Source: Dictyostelium discoideum
Taxonomy: Eukaryota
Reading direction: 5' to 3'
Assembly (NCBI GenBank): GCA_000004695.1
Contig: CM000154.2
Coordinates: 1,440,001 to 1,504,000 of the forward strand
DNA length: 64,000 nt
The notes below the pieces were generated by a model that worked only from the letters and a program-made list of their open reading frames with translations, was not told the DNA's origin and did no database searches. Below, in pieces: positions 13,991-27,681 of the stretch (position 1 is the stretch's first letter; each line of letters opens with the position of its first letter). The position numbers were made by a program, and so were the translations under genes.

Positions 13991-14376
13991 TAATTTTTAC
14001 AAATATATAGATAATTAATAGTAGTAATAATAATAATAATAATAAATAATTAATAATTAATAAACTATAGAAATTCAAATAACAATAATAAAAAAAAAAA
14101 AAACAAAAAAAAAAAAGAAAGAAAGAAACTAACAAAATAAAAAAAAAAAAAAAAAAAAGGAATCTAAACAAATATTAACAGTACATAAATTGTAAAAAAA
14201 AAAAAATAAATAAATAAAATTTAAAAAAAAAAAAAATTAAAATAATTAATAATAATAATAATAATATGATATATACTATTTCTTTGTTTAAAATAAAGGG
14301 ACATAATTAATAATTTAATTAAATAAATAAATAGTTTTTTTTTTTTATTCTTTTATATTTTTTATTTGTTTGAAAT

Positions 14377-15069
14377 CAATCAATAAAAAGAAAAATTTTC
14401 TGGTTCAGTATTTTTGTGTTTTGGGGATTTTGGTTTTTTAATTGGTTTTTCATCTTGTTTTGGTTGTTTTAAATGTGGAAAAGATAGTTTTGGTTGTATT
14501 GATGATTGTTGATGGTCTAATTTTGGTTGATCATGTTGTTGGGAAAGAGGTTCTACAATTTGGGGTATTTTAACTCGAGTTTGTTCTTCTTCCTGTTGTT
14601 GTTGTTGCTGCTCTTGTTGTTCTTGTTGAATATCATGGTCAACAAAATCTGATTGAGAATCAGATTGACTGAATGAACAATTTTCTAAATTTTTAAAACT
14701 TTCAAAATGGTTTGTAACATAAGTATATGTACCAGCCAATACTCTTTCAGAAACAATTTGATCTTCAATTTTATTCATCCATTTTAGTTTTTCATCACTT
14801 ATTATAATTAGAGCTCCTAAACTTAAGGTACCCAAGTTTGAACTACTACTAGTAGAAACTTTTTTTGAATTATGATAAATTGCAAATCCACTTGGGTATC
14901 TATAGTCATAATCGCATACTCTTGAAATATTGGATAATGAAATTACAGTAGCCTTTTTATTAAATAATGAGTTCTTTTCTGCAAATACAATTCTTTGATT
15001 AAATAAATACAATGTACCTTCTGAAGTACTACCATTTTTATTGACCTTTTTAACTTTTCCTTCTCTATA

Positions 15070-15103
<34 letters not shown>

Positions 15104-17511
15104 AATTAATATTATTAGAATAATTATTATTTTTAATTATATTATTAAAAGATTATTATTTTAAACTTACCCTATAAAAGTTTGATGATGTAATAAATAT
15201 TCTATATCTTTTGTGCCAATTTCTTTAATGATTTCTTGGATTTTAGTATCATTTTTCATTTTACCATTAATATCACTGACAATCTTTCCCATTAAAGAAG
15301 TTGTACGTTTAATGGTTTTATGGTTTTGTTCATCTTCTTTTGGTAATGCTTTACTCAATTCTTTTAATAATAAAGGATATTTACAAAGTCTTTGACATGG
15401 TTTAATTAAAAATGAATGTAGATTGTTTAGTTTACAAATTGGTATTAATTTTTGAAATATTTGTGCTGCTGTTTGATTTGTTAATAAAATTTCCTGTAAA
15501 AATTTATTACAACTATCATGTGATGATAAATATGATCCATATCTTTGAAAACTTTTACTCTATAATATTAAAAATATTATTAATTAGTATTTTTTTTTTT
15601 TTCTTATCTAATAATTGTTTTTTTTTATTTTTCAAAAGACTTACATTAAATAAAAAAACTTCTTCAATATTTGGATATTGATTCTTTTCTAATAATGGAA
15701 TACAATTTAATAACATTGGATAAATTTTTAAAGAAATATGATAAACTTCTTCAAAATTTGAAAAGATTGAAAAAATATCTCTTTTTTCCAATATTTTATA
15801 TTTTACCATTTCCAATGCGGCAAAAAGATAAAAATTAATTGTAATTTCCATATGGTCTAAATAGTCTGCCTCAGTTTCTATGATTTCTTTAACAACCTTA
15901 TTAAAAATGGTTGAATCATTAATATATGGTAATTGTGATCTTCTTGATGGTATTGATTCAAATTTTTGTTGTTGTTCTTCAATTTTTTCAAATATAACAG
16001 ATTTGAAATCAAATTTATTAAAAAGAGATGGTCTTTTTTTTGATACTGTTGCATTTGGAATTAATGTACTAACTGGTTCTTCTGGTAAACTTACAGTTCT
16101 ACCATGTTTTGTTTCTGTAACTTTTAATGTGTCCTTGTTATTATTATTGTTGTTATTATTATTATTATTATTATTAGTAGTAGTATTGTTATTATTATTA
16201 TTGCTATTATTTTTATTTGTTGTTTGATTTTCTTGATCATCTTCATCACTACAAGAACCTCTAAGATTATATGAACTTTTACTAATTACAAATGAACCCC
16301 TATTAGAAGAAGATACACTTTTAAGATTAGGTTCACTATCAAGAGTAGTACCACTCTTTTTGGATAGTTCTGATTCATTTTCATCATCGGTATCAACTCC
16401 ATTATCAAGTAATTTCATAGTGGCAGCTTTTCTAGTAAAAACTCTTTGTCTTCTAGTTCTAACGACAGGTGATATTTGTGATTGACTTAACTCTGATGAA
16501 TCATTACCAAAAACATAGTCATCAAAGTTTTCAAAATTAGGTTTTGATGGTTCAAAATTTAAAAAATTACTTGGAGATTTACCACCACTTCCACTACTAC
16601 TACAACAACTACCACTACTATTTAATGATGATGGAAATATTGTTGGGTTTGTTACATCAAATAGAGTTGTTGACCTTTTTGGTGCTATATTTGAAAATGA
16701 ACTATCGATTGGTTTATTTGCCGATCTCCAACCATTTGATGTATTTAATAAATTTCCAAGAGGTGGTGGCGATGATGACAATGGAGATGTGGAGTTTTGT
16801 AAACCCTCATTATTATTTTGATCATTAAAAGTTTCAATTTTAGAAGGTACTCTTGGTAATGGTTTAGGTGCCATTGTGTGATAATCTTCTTTCTCTTGAT
16901 CGATTGGTATTGGTGGAAGAGGTTTATTTTTATTAAATTCTGGTGAATTAAATTGTGGTGGAGTTGTTGATGTTTTAATATCTTCACCACTATAATTGTC
17001 ATCATAATTATCATCATAATTGTCACCATCTTCTTTTTTTTCAAATGTAATATTAATTGATGGTGGTGTTGTTGGTATATAATTAGTGATTTTTTCATCT
17101 GCACCATCATTCATTAAAAATGCTCTTGGTGGAACAGGTGGACGTTTTGGTTTTGGTAATGGTTCAAGTAATGGCATGGATAAACTTTTTCTTCTTGATC
17201 TTTCTCTATTATTATTTTTGATATTATTGGTATTACTATTATTATTGTTATTGTTATCAAATGATTTTGATAAATTTTTTATTTCCATTTCATTATCTAT
17301 AAAAAAAAAAAAAAAATAAAAGAAAAAATAATGGTAATAATAAAAAAAAAAAGAAATTAAAAAAAAAATAAATAAAAAAAAAATAATAATAAAAATAATA
17401 ATTGAAAAAAAAAAATTAAAAATTAAAAAAACAAAAAATTAAATTGAAATAATAAAATAAAATAAAAAAAGTGAATAAATAATTTATAATAATAATTTTA
17501 TAATAATGAAG

Positions 17512-17553
<42 letters not shown>

Positions 17554-17655
17554 ATAATAAAAAACATATTATAATTATTAGAAATAGTTCTTACCTTGAA
17601 ATTTGTCTAAATTTAAATTACTATCAATACCATATTCTATATTAATATTCTCCAT
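14377..17655 (-). CDS. RhoGEF (DH-PH) protein, paralogue A, 4 exons
   Basis: Structure is complement(join(14377..15064,15171..15559,15645..17296,17595..17655)). The main exon (ORF 15555..17288) carries the DH start NKVVKEIIETEADYLDHMEITINFYLFAALEMVKYKIL...PNIEEVFLFN, followed by GTAAGT. Exon 15171..15559 is SKSFQRYGSYLSS...FLIKPCQRLCKYPLLLKELSKALPKEDEQ...HHQTFIG (DH C-terminus, matching ORF 15167..15358), followed by GTAAGT. Exon 14377..15064 is a PH domain (EGKVKKVNKNGSTSEGTLYLFNQRIVFAEK...). The tentative 5' micro-exon 17595..17655 (MENINIEYGIDSNLNLDKFQ, then GTAAGA) joins in frame to ...DNEMEIKNLSK. Exon order and content are collinear with the intronless paralogue at 23358..26365. Confidence 0.75.
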
Positions 17656-19572
17656 TTTAATCGGAATATTTAATTTAAACAAATAATTTTATTTTTTTAA
17701 AAAAAAAAAAAAAATAAAAAAAAATAATAGATAAATATTTTAATATTAATAAGTTTGAATGTAATAATTTCTTTTTCTCTGTTGTGTAAATGAATAATTT
17801 TTATATGTAGAACAAATTTTAACAGATAACAATAAATTATAATGATATAATTTGTGGTAGTGATTTAAATAAAAAAATTAAAATAAAAAAAAAAATTAAT
17901 ATAATGAAAAAAAAAAAAATATAAAAAAAAATAATAATAATAATTAAAATTAAAATGAGAAAAACACACACTAACACAGTTCGAAAATAACCTAATTGTA
18001 TTATCATGTAATATTTTTAGTTTTTTTTTTTTTTTTTGTTATTATTATTAATAATTAAAAAACCAATTATTTTTTTTTTTTTTTTTTTTTTTTTTTCTAT
18101 TAAAATCGATCGACAAAAATATACACCCACATTTAAGTGTGTTTTTTTTTTTTATTGTGATTTTCTGTTGTTGTTTTTTTTTTATGGTAAGAAACATTTT
18201 ACACAATCCAAAAAAAAAAAAAATAAAAAAAAAATAAAAAAAATAAAAAAATAATAAAAAAAAAAAAGAATAACAACAACAATAGTTGTTTTTTTGTATT
18301 TTATAATTTTTTTTTTCTAATAATATTTTTTTTTTTTTTTTTTAAATGAATTAACTCAATAGATTAAAAAACAAATATATCCATTAAATAAATAGAATAT
18401 TAAAAATAAAAGAAATTACTTAATTTGTAAAAAAAGAATGGAATTTGGGATGATTAAAAAAAAAAAAATTTATTTTTATATTTTTTTTTATATTTATTTT
18501 TACACAATCCAAAATGATTTGGTTTCAATCTTACAAAAAAAAAAAAAAATTGTATATATGAGGAAGTAAAAAAAAAAAAAATGATTTGTAAAATTTATTA
18601 AACTGTCGAATTGATTTATTCATATTATTGGTGATTTTATACAATTGAAAATAAATAAATAATTAAATCAATAAATAAATAATAAAAAAAAAAAAAAAAT
18701 TAATTTTCAATTCAAATTTAAATTGATTGCACAAAAAAAAAAAAAAAAATTCCATATAATTATTTTATTATGTTTTAATTTTTTTTAAAAAACTTTATCG
18801 TTTTTTTTTGTGTCATGTTTTTTTTCTTTAATTATTTTAATAATGTGGGGGGTGTTCGAGTATTGATTGGGTGGATCATATTAATCGATCATGAGAACAG
18901 AGGATCTATAGCCACTCACCCTTTAAATACTCAAAAGTCTCCAAATGATTTTCAACAAAAGTTTTCATTGTCAACTTACTCCCGTAGGACATCGACTAAA
19001 CTTTGTGCGACATATAAATCTTTGTTTCTTCTTTATCTGTTTTTTAAAAGTGAAATGAAAAAAATTTTAATATATAACACTAGTAAACAATATATTATGG
19101 GTCATAAAAATTTTTTTTTTTTTTTTTTTTTCGTTTTTCGTTTTTTCATTTTTTTTTTTTTTTTGACAATTTACAAAATAAATTACCGGTCTATTGTTGT
19201 CAATCCAGACCAATAGTAATTTCAATTGTAATTAATTATAATAAATATAACAATTATAATTATAATTTCAATTCTAAACTCTTTGTAACCTGGTTTATTT
19301 ACTTTTTTTTTTTTTTTTTTTTTTTGATACTACAACAACAACTTTACAAATTTACAATTTAATTTAAAAATTCCTTTAAATATGTTATAATATATAAATT
19401 TTTTTTTTTTTTTATTATTTTTTTTTTTTATTTTTTTTTTATAATGTTACAATGAACAATTTTTATTATATTTTTATATTTTATTTATTTTTTATTATTA
19501 TTTAATTAAAAATTGTTTTCTTATTCTTTTTAATCTTTGCTACTATTGCTTTTTTTTTTTTTATGTATTAAA

Positions 19573-19730
19573 TTAATCTTTTTTATTTTGTGCAGCACGA
19601 TCACCACCATAAAGCATTTTCTTATTTTCATATTCTTCTTGGGTTATAGTTTGATGTTTATTGAATGCATTTGATCTAATTTCTTCCATATCTTTTCCGT
19701 TACCTTTATCAGTACCAATGATTTTAGAAC

Positions 19731-19769
<39 letters not shown>

Positions 19770-19921
19770 AAAAATAAAAAATTAATAAATAAATAGAGAA
19801 ATAAATTTTTTTAAAAAAAGTATTAAGACATACCCCCAACGAGTATCTTTTTCGCTAATATCATTCTAATTAAAATTTTATTATTAGTATGTTTTTATTT
19901 TTTTTTATTTTATTTGTTTTT

Positions 19922-19958
<37 letters not shown>

Positions 19959-20213
19959 TTTTTTTGTTTAAAGGTTAAATATAAATAATAAAGTAAAACT
20001 TACAACGTAATCTGGATCAGTTTCGAAATCATCATCGTCATCGACTTGATTTGCTTTGTTTAAAGTTGCTGGTGCATGAGTAACGGTTTTTTGGTAAACT
20101 ATTTTGTTTTTGTAGGAAAAAATATTTGTTAGAGGCAATCATTTAATAATTGTTATTTATTATTATTATTATTATTTTATTAAAGAGAAAAATAAATAAT
20201 ACCAACCTGACAT
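19573..20213 (-). CDS. Small acidic protein (about 98 aa), 4 exons including a 7-nt first coding exon; function unknown
   Basis: Structure is complement(join(19573..19729,19834..19865,20004..20098,20207..20213)). The deduced protein is MSVYQKTVTHAPATLNKANQVDDDDDFETDPDYV|NDISEKDTRWG|GSKIIGTDKGNGKDMEEIRSNAFNKHQTITQEEYENKKMLYGGDRAAQNKKD*. Donors are GTAAGT, GTATGT and GTTGGT (the last is atypical). Acceptors are (A/T)nAG. The introns consist of (AAAT)n/(TTTA)n. The first exon (ATGTCAG) is tentative. The ORF track reports only the last exon (19573..19839). Confidence 0.45.
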
Positions 20214-20822
20214 TTCTATTGTTTTGTATATATATGAAAAAAAAAAAAAAAAAAATTTAAAAAAAAAAAAGTAGTGTTGTGTGGAATAAAAAAAAAATAT
20301 CTGAAAATTTTGTGGAAATTTTTTTTTTTTTTTTTTTTTTCCATCAGTTTAAATGGGTTGGTGGTTAAAAAACACCAATTTTTATTTTTATTTATTTTTT
20401 TTTTTTACATGTTAATCGCGTGCAATTATATTTGATTTTTTTTTTATATATGTATTGATTTTTTCATATTATATTAATTTTGTTTTTTTTTCTTTTTTTT
20501 TTTTTTTTCTTTTCTTTTTTTTTTTTTGTAAGATTCCTTTGAAAAAACATAAATAATAAAAAATTTAACATTAACAAACAAAAACAAACTAAACCCAATT
20601 TCTTACACAATGAAAGAAAGGGGGTAAAATATAAATTTTTTTTTTTTTTATTTATTTATTATTTTTTTTTTTATTTTTTTTTTATTTTTTTATTTTTAAA
20701 GTTTAATAGTTTATTTATGGAATTTTAGTTTTCTTTTTTTTTTTTTTAATTTAAATTACCAAATAAATAATTTTAAAATATAGTGTTGTTATTATTTATT
20801 TTATGATTTATTTTTATTTTTT

Positions 20823-22575
20823 TTAAATTAAGTCATGTTCTTTTAATAAATCTTCAAGTGAGGAGGCATAATCTTGAACCCATTTTTTACATTGAGCATT
20901 GTATTCTGTAATATTATCACGATAAATTCCAGCTTTTACACTAATGTATATGTAAAAAAAAAAAATAAAAAAAAAATTAAGTTAAGATTTATTTATATTT
21001 TTTTTTCCAAAGAAAAAAAAAAAAAAAAAAATTAAATACTTACACATCTAATGGATCCATTGGATTTGGATTAGATAAAAGTGAATGAATTGAAAGTAAA
21101 ACTTTTTCAGTAGTGATAGCAGCAGACCAGTGGTCTTTTAAAATATCTAAACATATATTACCATCAGTATTGATATTACAATGATAGATACGATTTTCAA
21201 ATCTAACTTTTGGTGGTGCAAATGGATAGATATTTGGAAATTGAACAGAGAGTACGAAATGACCACCTTCATATGGTGTATCAACTACACCTTTCATTAT
21301 AACTTTCCAAACTGAAATATCATTTGGATTTGCATAAAGTGTGAATATTGATGATTTACCATTTTTATTTAATTCTTCAATTGATTTTTGAAAACTGATA
21401 TACTCTCTATAAATTCTTTTACTTGTACCACCAGCACCACTACCATTATTAATATTATTTGAAATTTCATCAAGTTTTTGTTGATCAATTTTTGAAACAC
21501 ATGTTATACCTTTAAGAGCACTATCAACTTTACGAGAGATTGTTTTCAATAAATCACCTTTTAATGATGAAAATTGTTGTTCATTTTCAATTGGGGAAGA
21601 GAATGGAGAGAAGGAATCTCTTTGAGTTGGTATTAATAAAGCTTCACGTTCAAATAGTTCAACACCTTCTTGGGTTGAATTTGCCATGAAACAACTACCA
21701 CCAGTTGCTTTAGTAAGAGTTGATAATGTACTATTATCATCTCTACCAATTGGAATTGCATCCAATATAATATTTAATGGTTTTAAATATTGATAAACAT
21801 TATAAGGATTAATATTTGAGGTATCTTGACCATCAGTTAATAAGAAAATTCTACAACAAACATCTGGTGCTAATTTCTCTTTTGGATTATTTCTATATTT
21901 TTCAATCTCATTTGCTGCATGATAAATTGCTTCATATAATCTTGTAGAACCTTGATTTGCAACAACTTCACCCAATTCTTGTGAAAATGAATCAAAATTT
22001 TTACTAATTTCAAATGCTGTATCAATTTTTTGACCAAATAATACTAAACCAGCAACTACTGGTACTTCAAATGAAACATATTTATCCAACATTGTTTGAA
22101 ATAATGCTTGTGAAACTTCACTTCTATTCATTTCAAGCAAACCTGGTTTTGTTGACCCATTATATGCCACAGCTGTCATTGAACATGAAACATCTAATAC
22201 AATCATATCAATTTGTTTAATTAAAAATTCATTACTATTTGACATTTCAATTTTTTTATATTCCAAATCAATAACATTTTTAGAATTATTAGTAGTAGTG
22301 GTAGTTGTTGTTGTAGTTGTTGTAGTTGTTGGTACTAATTTTGATTGATTAATTAAAATTAATTTTGAATTATCAGGAATTGATAAATCACCAATTGTAT
22401 CGGTTTCAAATAATTCACTATTTTCATATTGTAATTTAAAATTATTATTATTATCTTTGTTTTCCAAATTAACTGCTTTTAAAATTTGATTAATTAATTC
22501 TTGTATTGTTATTTCACTTTTAAATGGAAAATTAATTGTTTTATCAATTGATGGTACTGAAATTATTAAAGTCAT
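20823..22575 (-). CDS. UBL - von Willebrand A (intact MIDAS DxSxS) - ubiquitin-conjugating E2 (UBC) fusion protein, 2 exons
   Basis: Structure is complement(join(20823..20940,21044..22575)). The N-terminus MTLIISVPSIDKTINFPFKSEITIQELINQILKAV...KLILI has a beta-grasp/ubiquitin-like profile. The VWA domain shows IDMIVLDVSCSMTA...GSTRLYEAI...RIFLLTDGQDTS. The C-terminal UBC fold is SKRIYREYISFQKS...WKVIMKGVVDTPYEGGHFVLSVQFPNIYPFAPPKVRFENRIYHCNINTDGNICLDILKDHWSAAITTEKVLLSIHSLLSNPNPMDPLDV. A GTAAGT intron follows, and exon 2 is VKAGIYRDNITEYNAQCKKWVQDYASSLEDLLKEHDLI*. The catalytic Cys (ICLDIL) is present. The usual HPN motif reads HCN. Confidence 0.8.
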
Positions 22576-22868
22576 ATTTTCTTGTTATTTTTTATTTTTT
22601 ATTTTTTATTTTTTATTTTTTATTTTTTATTTTTTATTTTTTTTTTATTATCTAATTATTTAATGTATATATAAATATTGTTTTGAATTTAAAAATAATT
22701 AAATTAACCATTTTTTTCAACTATTTATACTGAAATTATTTATTAATATATTAAATTTGAAAATAAAAAAAAATCAAGATTTTTTGAAATTCTTAAAAAA
22801 AAAAAAAAACAGTATTAATGACACACTATACAGTCAACATCTGTCACCAAAAATTTTTTTCTCATTTT

Positions 22869-22899
<31 letters not shown>

Positions 22900-22913
22900 G
22901 AATTAAGATAAAC

Positions 22914-23044
<131 letters not shown>

Positions 23045-23357
23045 CTGAGGTGATCACCTTTGTTTTTTTTTTTATATTATATATGAATTATAAAATGGTT
23101 TAATGATGATGAGTGATTATTGATTGATCTATTTATTAAATCCAAGCAAAATAAAAAATCTATTTTTAGAATTTAATTGTTTGGATGTAACAAGACAAGA
23201 CCAAAAAAAAAAAAAAAAAAAGAAAACATTGTTATTTTAAGTTTTGAAATTCTTAAAAAAAAAAAAATTAAGGCAACCAAATTATGGCAATAACCTTTAT
23301 AGTATGCCACATAATTTAATTTTATTATAACTTAAATATTAATTATTATAATTAATA

Positions 23358-23481
23358 TTAGTTTGAGGTATTATTATTATTATTAATATTATTATTTATA
23401 CATTCACCACTATTTTCTAAACTTGTATTATTTGAGTTTATATTATTTTCATTAATATTATTTTCATTAATATTATTATTG

Positions 23482-23567
<86 letters not shown>

Positions 23568-25522
23568 ATTAATATTAATATCTTTTTCAGAGACATTAAA
23601 TTTATAAGAACCAGTTAAAATCTTTAATATATTAATTGCCTCATCAATATCATTTAACCAAATTAATTTATCTTGATAATTATCACAAGAAAGTTTAATT
23701 GATAATGTGTTAACATTTACAGTTGGTGTTGAATTTGTTGTTGTGGTTGTAGTTGTTGGTGTTGAATTTGTAGTTGTTGTAGTTGTTGGTGGTGTTGATG
23801 ATGTTGTATCATTTGTTGAAGATAAATTATTTTGATTATTATTATTATTATTTTGAATATCATTATCATTTAAATAATTAATTGAAATACCAAATTGAAG
23901 TTCTCTTTCAATATCAATAATTTCTAAAATATTTTTTAAAGGAATAATTTTAACCTTTTTTTTAAAGGTACCTTTTTCAAAGATAATTAAAATTTGACTT
24001 AAAAGGTATAAAGTTACAATTACTTTATTACCTTTTTTTTTTAATTTTTTAATTCTATTTGAAGATTTTAAAAATGTTTGATCACGTAATTGTTGTTCAA
24101 TATCTTTTGTACCAATTTCTTTAACAGTTGATTGAATTTTATTATCATTTGCCATTTTACCATTGATATCATTGACGATCTTTTCCATTAATATTAAAGA
24201 ACGTTGGAATATTTTATGATGTTCTTCAGCCTCCAATGAATCATCTTCTGGTGGTAATGCCTTTTTCAACTCTCTTAATAGCAATGGATATTTACAAAGT
24301 CTTTGACATGGTTTAATTAGGAATGATTGTAGATTCAATTGCTTTGAATGTGGTAACGATTTAACATATTGAAAGATTTGATTCACTACATTGTTTCCAT
24401 CGATTAATGAATTCAAAACTTTGATTGAATGATCATGTGTTGATAAATATGAGCCATATCTTTGGAATGCTTTTGAATTGTAAAGAAAGATCTCTTCAAT
24501 ATTGGGATACTGATTCTCATGGTCCAACACTGGTATAATATTCAATAACATTGGGTAAAGGCGTAACGAAACGTAGTAAAGCTCTTCAATATTTGAAAAG
24601 ATTTGATAGATATCATTTGCTGTCATTAATTTATATTTTGACATTTCCAATGCTGCGAAATAATATAAATTAATTATAACCTCCATTTGATCGATATAAT
24701 CTGCTTCAGTTTCAATGATCTCTTTAATCACCTTATTAAATGATGTTGATGAATTAATTGGTGGTAATAATGATTTTCTACTTGGTTTTTGTGATAATTG
24801 AGTGGTGATTGTATATTGTACATTTATCTTTTCGATTAATATAGTCTTTATATCTAATGTATCTCTTCTTAATGTACCTGATATAAATGATGTTTTCTTT
24901 TTATGTGATGATATAAAATTACTAACTGATAATCCATTATTAGGATTAATATTAATTGAAATATTATTAAAACTTGTATCATTTAATGAATTTGTTGATG
25001 TTGTTGTTGTTGATGCTGATGATGATGCTGATGCTAATGATAATGAACTGTTTGAATTATTTGAATTATTTGAATCATCACTATTAAAACTATTAATTAA
25101 ATCATTATTAATATTTTCATTACTATTGATTGTTAAAAATTCATTTGAGACTGAATTTGATGGCGACATTGATGGTGGTGTTGTTGATGGTGTTGGATTT
25201 GCTGATGATGGTGTTGATGGTGATACTGATGTTGGTGTTGTAGATAACGACAAGGATGAAAAATCTTCACCATTTAATTTCATTGATGCTTGTTTTCTTG
25301 TAAAGGTTCTTTGTCTAAGAGTTCTTAAATCTGATGCCGCTATATTTTGAGAATCTTGAATTGGTGCTATAATTGGTGTTTGTTCAATTACTACTGTTGG
25401 TGTATTGGTTATATTTGCTGTTGATAATGATGTTACTGGTATTGGTGATATATCATTTCTTGGTGCAATTTTTGGTCTTGGTGGCTTAGTTGATGTTGGT
25501 GGTAAAGGTTTATTATTATTAC

Positions 25523-25582
<60 letters not shown>

Positions 25583-25873
25583 ATGCTATGGTTTGTGAAG
25601 GTGGAGTTGTTGGTGGTGTTGTTACATTATTATTTATTGTTGTTGTTGTTGTTGCTGTTGTTGCTGTTGTTGATGATGGTGATAAAGTTTGATATTTTAC
25701 ATTTGTTGAATTTATATTTGTTGATGTTTTTGTAGTTGCTATTGTTGGTGGAGTAGTTAAAGTACCACTAGAACTCCATGGTCTCGGTGGTGGTGCAGGT
25801 TTATCATTTGGTGGTGGTATTGGTAAAGTTTTTACAGAATGTGATCCAAGTTTTGAAATATAATTATTATCAC

Positions 25874-25955
<82 letters not shown>

Positions 25956-26756
25956 GTTATTAGTGGTGGTAGTATTTAGTGCTTCATCTGGATTTGGTGG
26001 TACTGGTGAAGTTGGTCTTGATGGTAATTTTGGTAATGGTGAGGGTGGTCTAGTTGGTAATTGACGTCTTGGTGATGGTAATGGTGATAAAATTGTAGGT
26101 GTAGGAGCAGGTGATGGTGATGGTGATGGTGAGCCTGATATATTATTATTATTATTCTTCTTTATTATAGATGTTGGTGATAATGTATTTGGTGATAAAT
26201 TACTTGGTGTATTATTATTGGCACTACCACTATTATTAATGTTATTTATAGTTGATAGTAAAGGTTTTGGTGGTAGAGAGGGTGATGATGATGAAGATGC
26301 TGTTGATGATGATGATGATGGTTGTTGTTCATTATATTTTGAAATCATTGTTGAAACTCCTGAAACTATTAATTAATTTTATTTTTTAATTTATTTTTAA
26401 TTTATTAATTTTAATCATAATGGTTAATTTTTTTTTTTTTTTTTTTTTTTTTTTCCTCAATAATTTTGTTTTTATTTTTTTTATTTTTATTTTTAAAAAT
26501 AATTTCTATACATACATTTCCTTTGAGGTAAAACTTGATGTGTTTGTTGTTGTTGTTGTTGTTGTTGTTGTTGGTTTTTATCAATTTGATTTACAAGAGA
26601 GCCAACACTAAACATTTTTTGGTTAGAATTTTCATTAATAATTTTATTTTTATTTACAAAGGTATTATTATTATTGTTTACCACTGTTGTTGTATTTTTT
26701 GGTGGAGTTAAAAATTGGTGGCTGGGAGATGGATTCGAGGTTGAATTTTTTCTCAT
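23358..26756 (-). CDS. RhoGEF (DH-PH) protein, paralogue B; long Pro/Ser/Thr/Asn-rich N-terminus; probable 5' exon
   Basis: Structure is complement(join(23358..26365,26516..26756)). The main ORF is 23358..26348 (996 aa). Its DH domain is NKVIKEIIETEADYIDQMEVIINLYYFAALEMSKYKL...LIKPCQRLCKYPLLLRELKKALPPEDD...GTKDIEQQLRDQTFL. Its PH domain is KKKGNKVIVTLYLLSQILIIFEK.... The pre-DH motif RTLRQRTFTRKQASMKL is shared with paralogue A (RTRRQRVFTRKAATMKL). The upstream ORF 26493..26756 (MRKNSTSNPS...HQVLPQRK) ends at a GTATGT donor in phase 1. The acceptor aattaatAG at 26366/26367 joins in frame to ...FSGVSTMISKYNEQ. The 5' exon is tentative. Confidence 0.8.
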
Positions 26757-27412
26757 TTTTTGATTTTATTTTATTTTTTTTTTTTTTTTTTTTCTTTTTT
26801 GTTTGTCAGAAAGCCTAAAGTATTTATTTTATTTTATATTTTTTAAAAAATGATTGTGATTATTATTATTATTATTATTATTTTTTTTGTTATTATTTTT
26901 TAAAAATTTTATTTTTTTTTGTTATTTTTTTATTTATTATTGATTTTCTTAACCAACATGCCAAGATTAGACTGTGGTGTGTGGGATATTCGATTTTTTT
27001 TTTTTTTTTTTTTTTTTTTTTGGAATGTGTGATTTAAAATTATTTTTTTTTTTTATTTTGTTTTTTTTTTTTATTTTATTTTTTTCTATTTATATATTAT
27101 ATAATATATTGGTAATCTTGAGAAGTGTTTTAAAATTTAGAATCATAAAGATGGATTATTTATAGATGAAAATGTGTGTAACCAAAAACTAGTTTGCAAA
27201 TTATTTTTATTTTTTTTTTTTTTTCCAATTTATTTTTTAATTAAATAATTAATATTAAAAATAAAAAAAAATGAAAATAATGATAGTGGCTATTATAGTT
27301 TTTTAAAAAAAAAAAAAAAAGAAAATTTAAAAACTCTTTTCAATCAAAATTAGACAATCATAAAACAGAATAAAAAAAAAAATAAAAATAAAAATAAAAA
27401 TAAAAATAATTT

Positions 27413-27470
<58 letters not shown>

Positions 27471-27681
27471 CCAATCAAAACAAAACCCTTTTTCCTTTTT
27501 TTTTTTTTTTTTTTCAAATAATTAATTTGATAAAATGGTTTAAATTATAAATCTAATTTTTTTTTTTAAAAAAAAAAAATAAATATAAAAATAAAATAAA
27601 TTAATAAAAATTAAAAATCTATTTAATTCGATTATTATTTTTTTATTATTATTTTTTTTTTTAAAAAAATTTTATATTATT

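Noticed and set aside
18840-18930. A tRNA gene in the GC-richer island
   Set aside because: The sequences ggtgttcgagt (plus) and tggctatag (minus) weakly resemble B and A boxes. However, no cloverleaf with a paired acceptor stem could be built on either strand.
24802-25963. Plus-strand ORFs 24802..25350, 25405..25692 and 25778..25963 (poly-L, poly-Y)
   Set aside because: They lie antisense to RhoGEF-B and translate (AAT)n/(TTA)n repeats.
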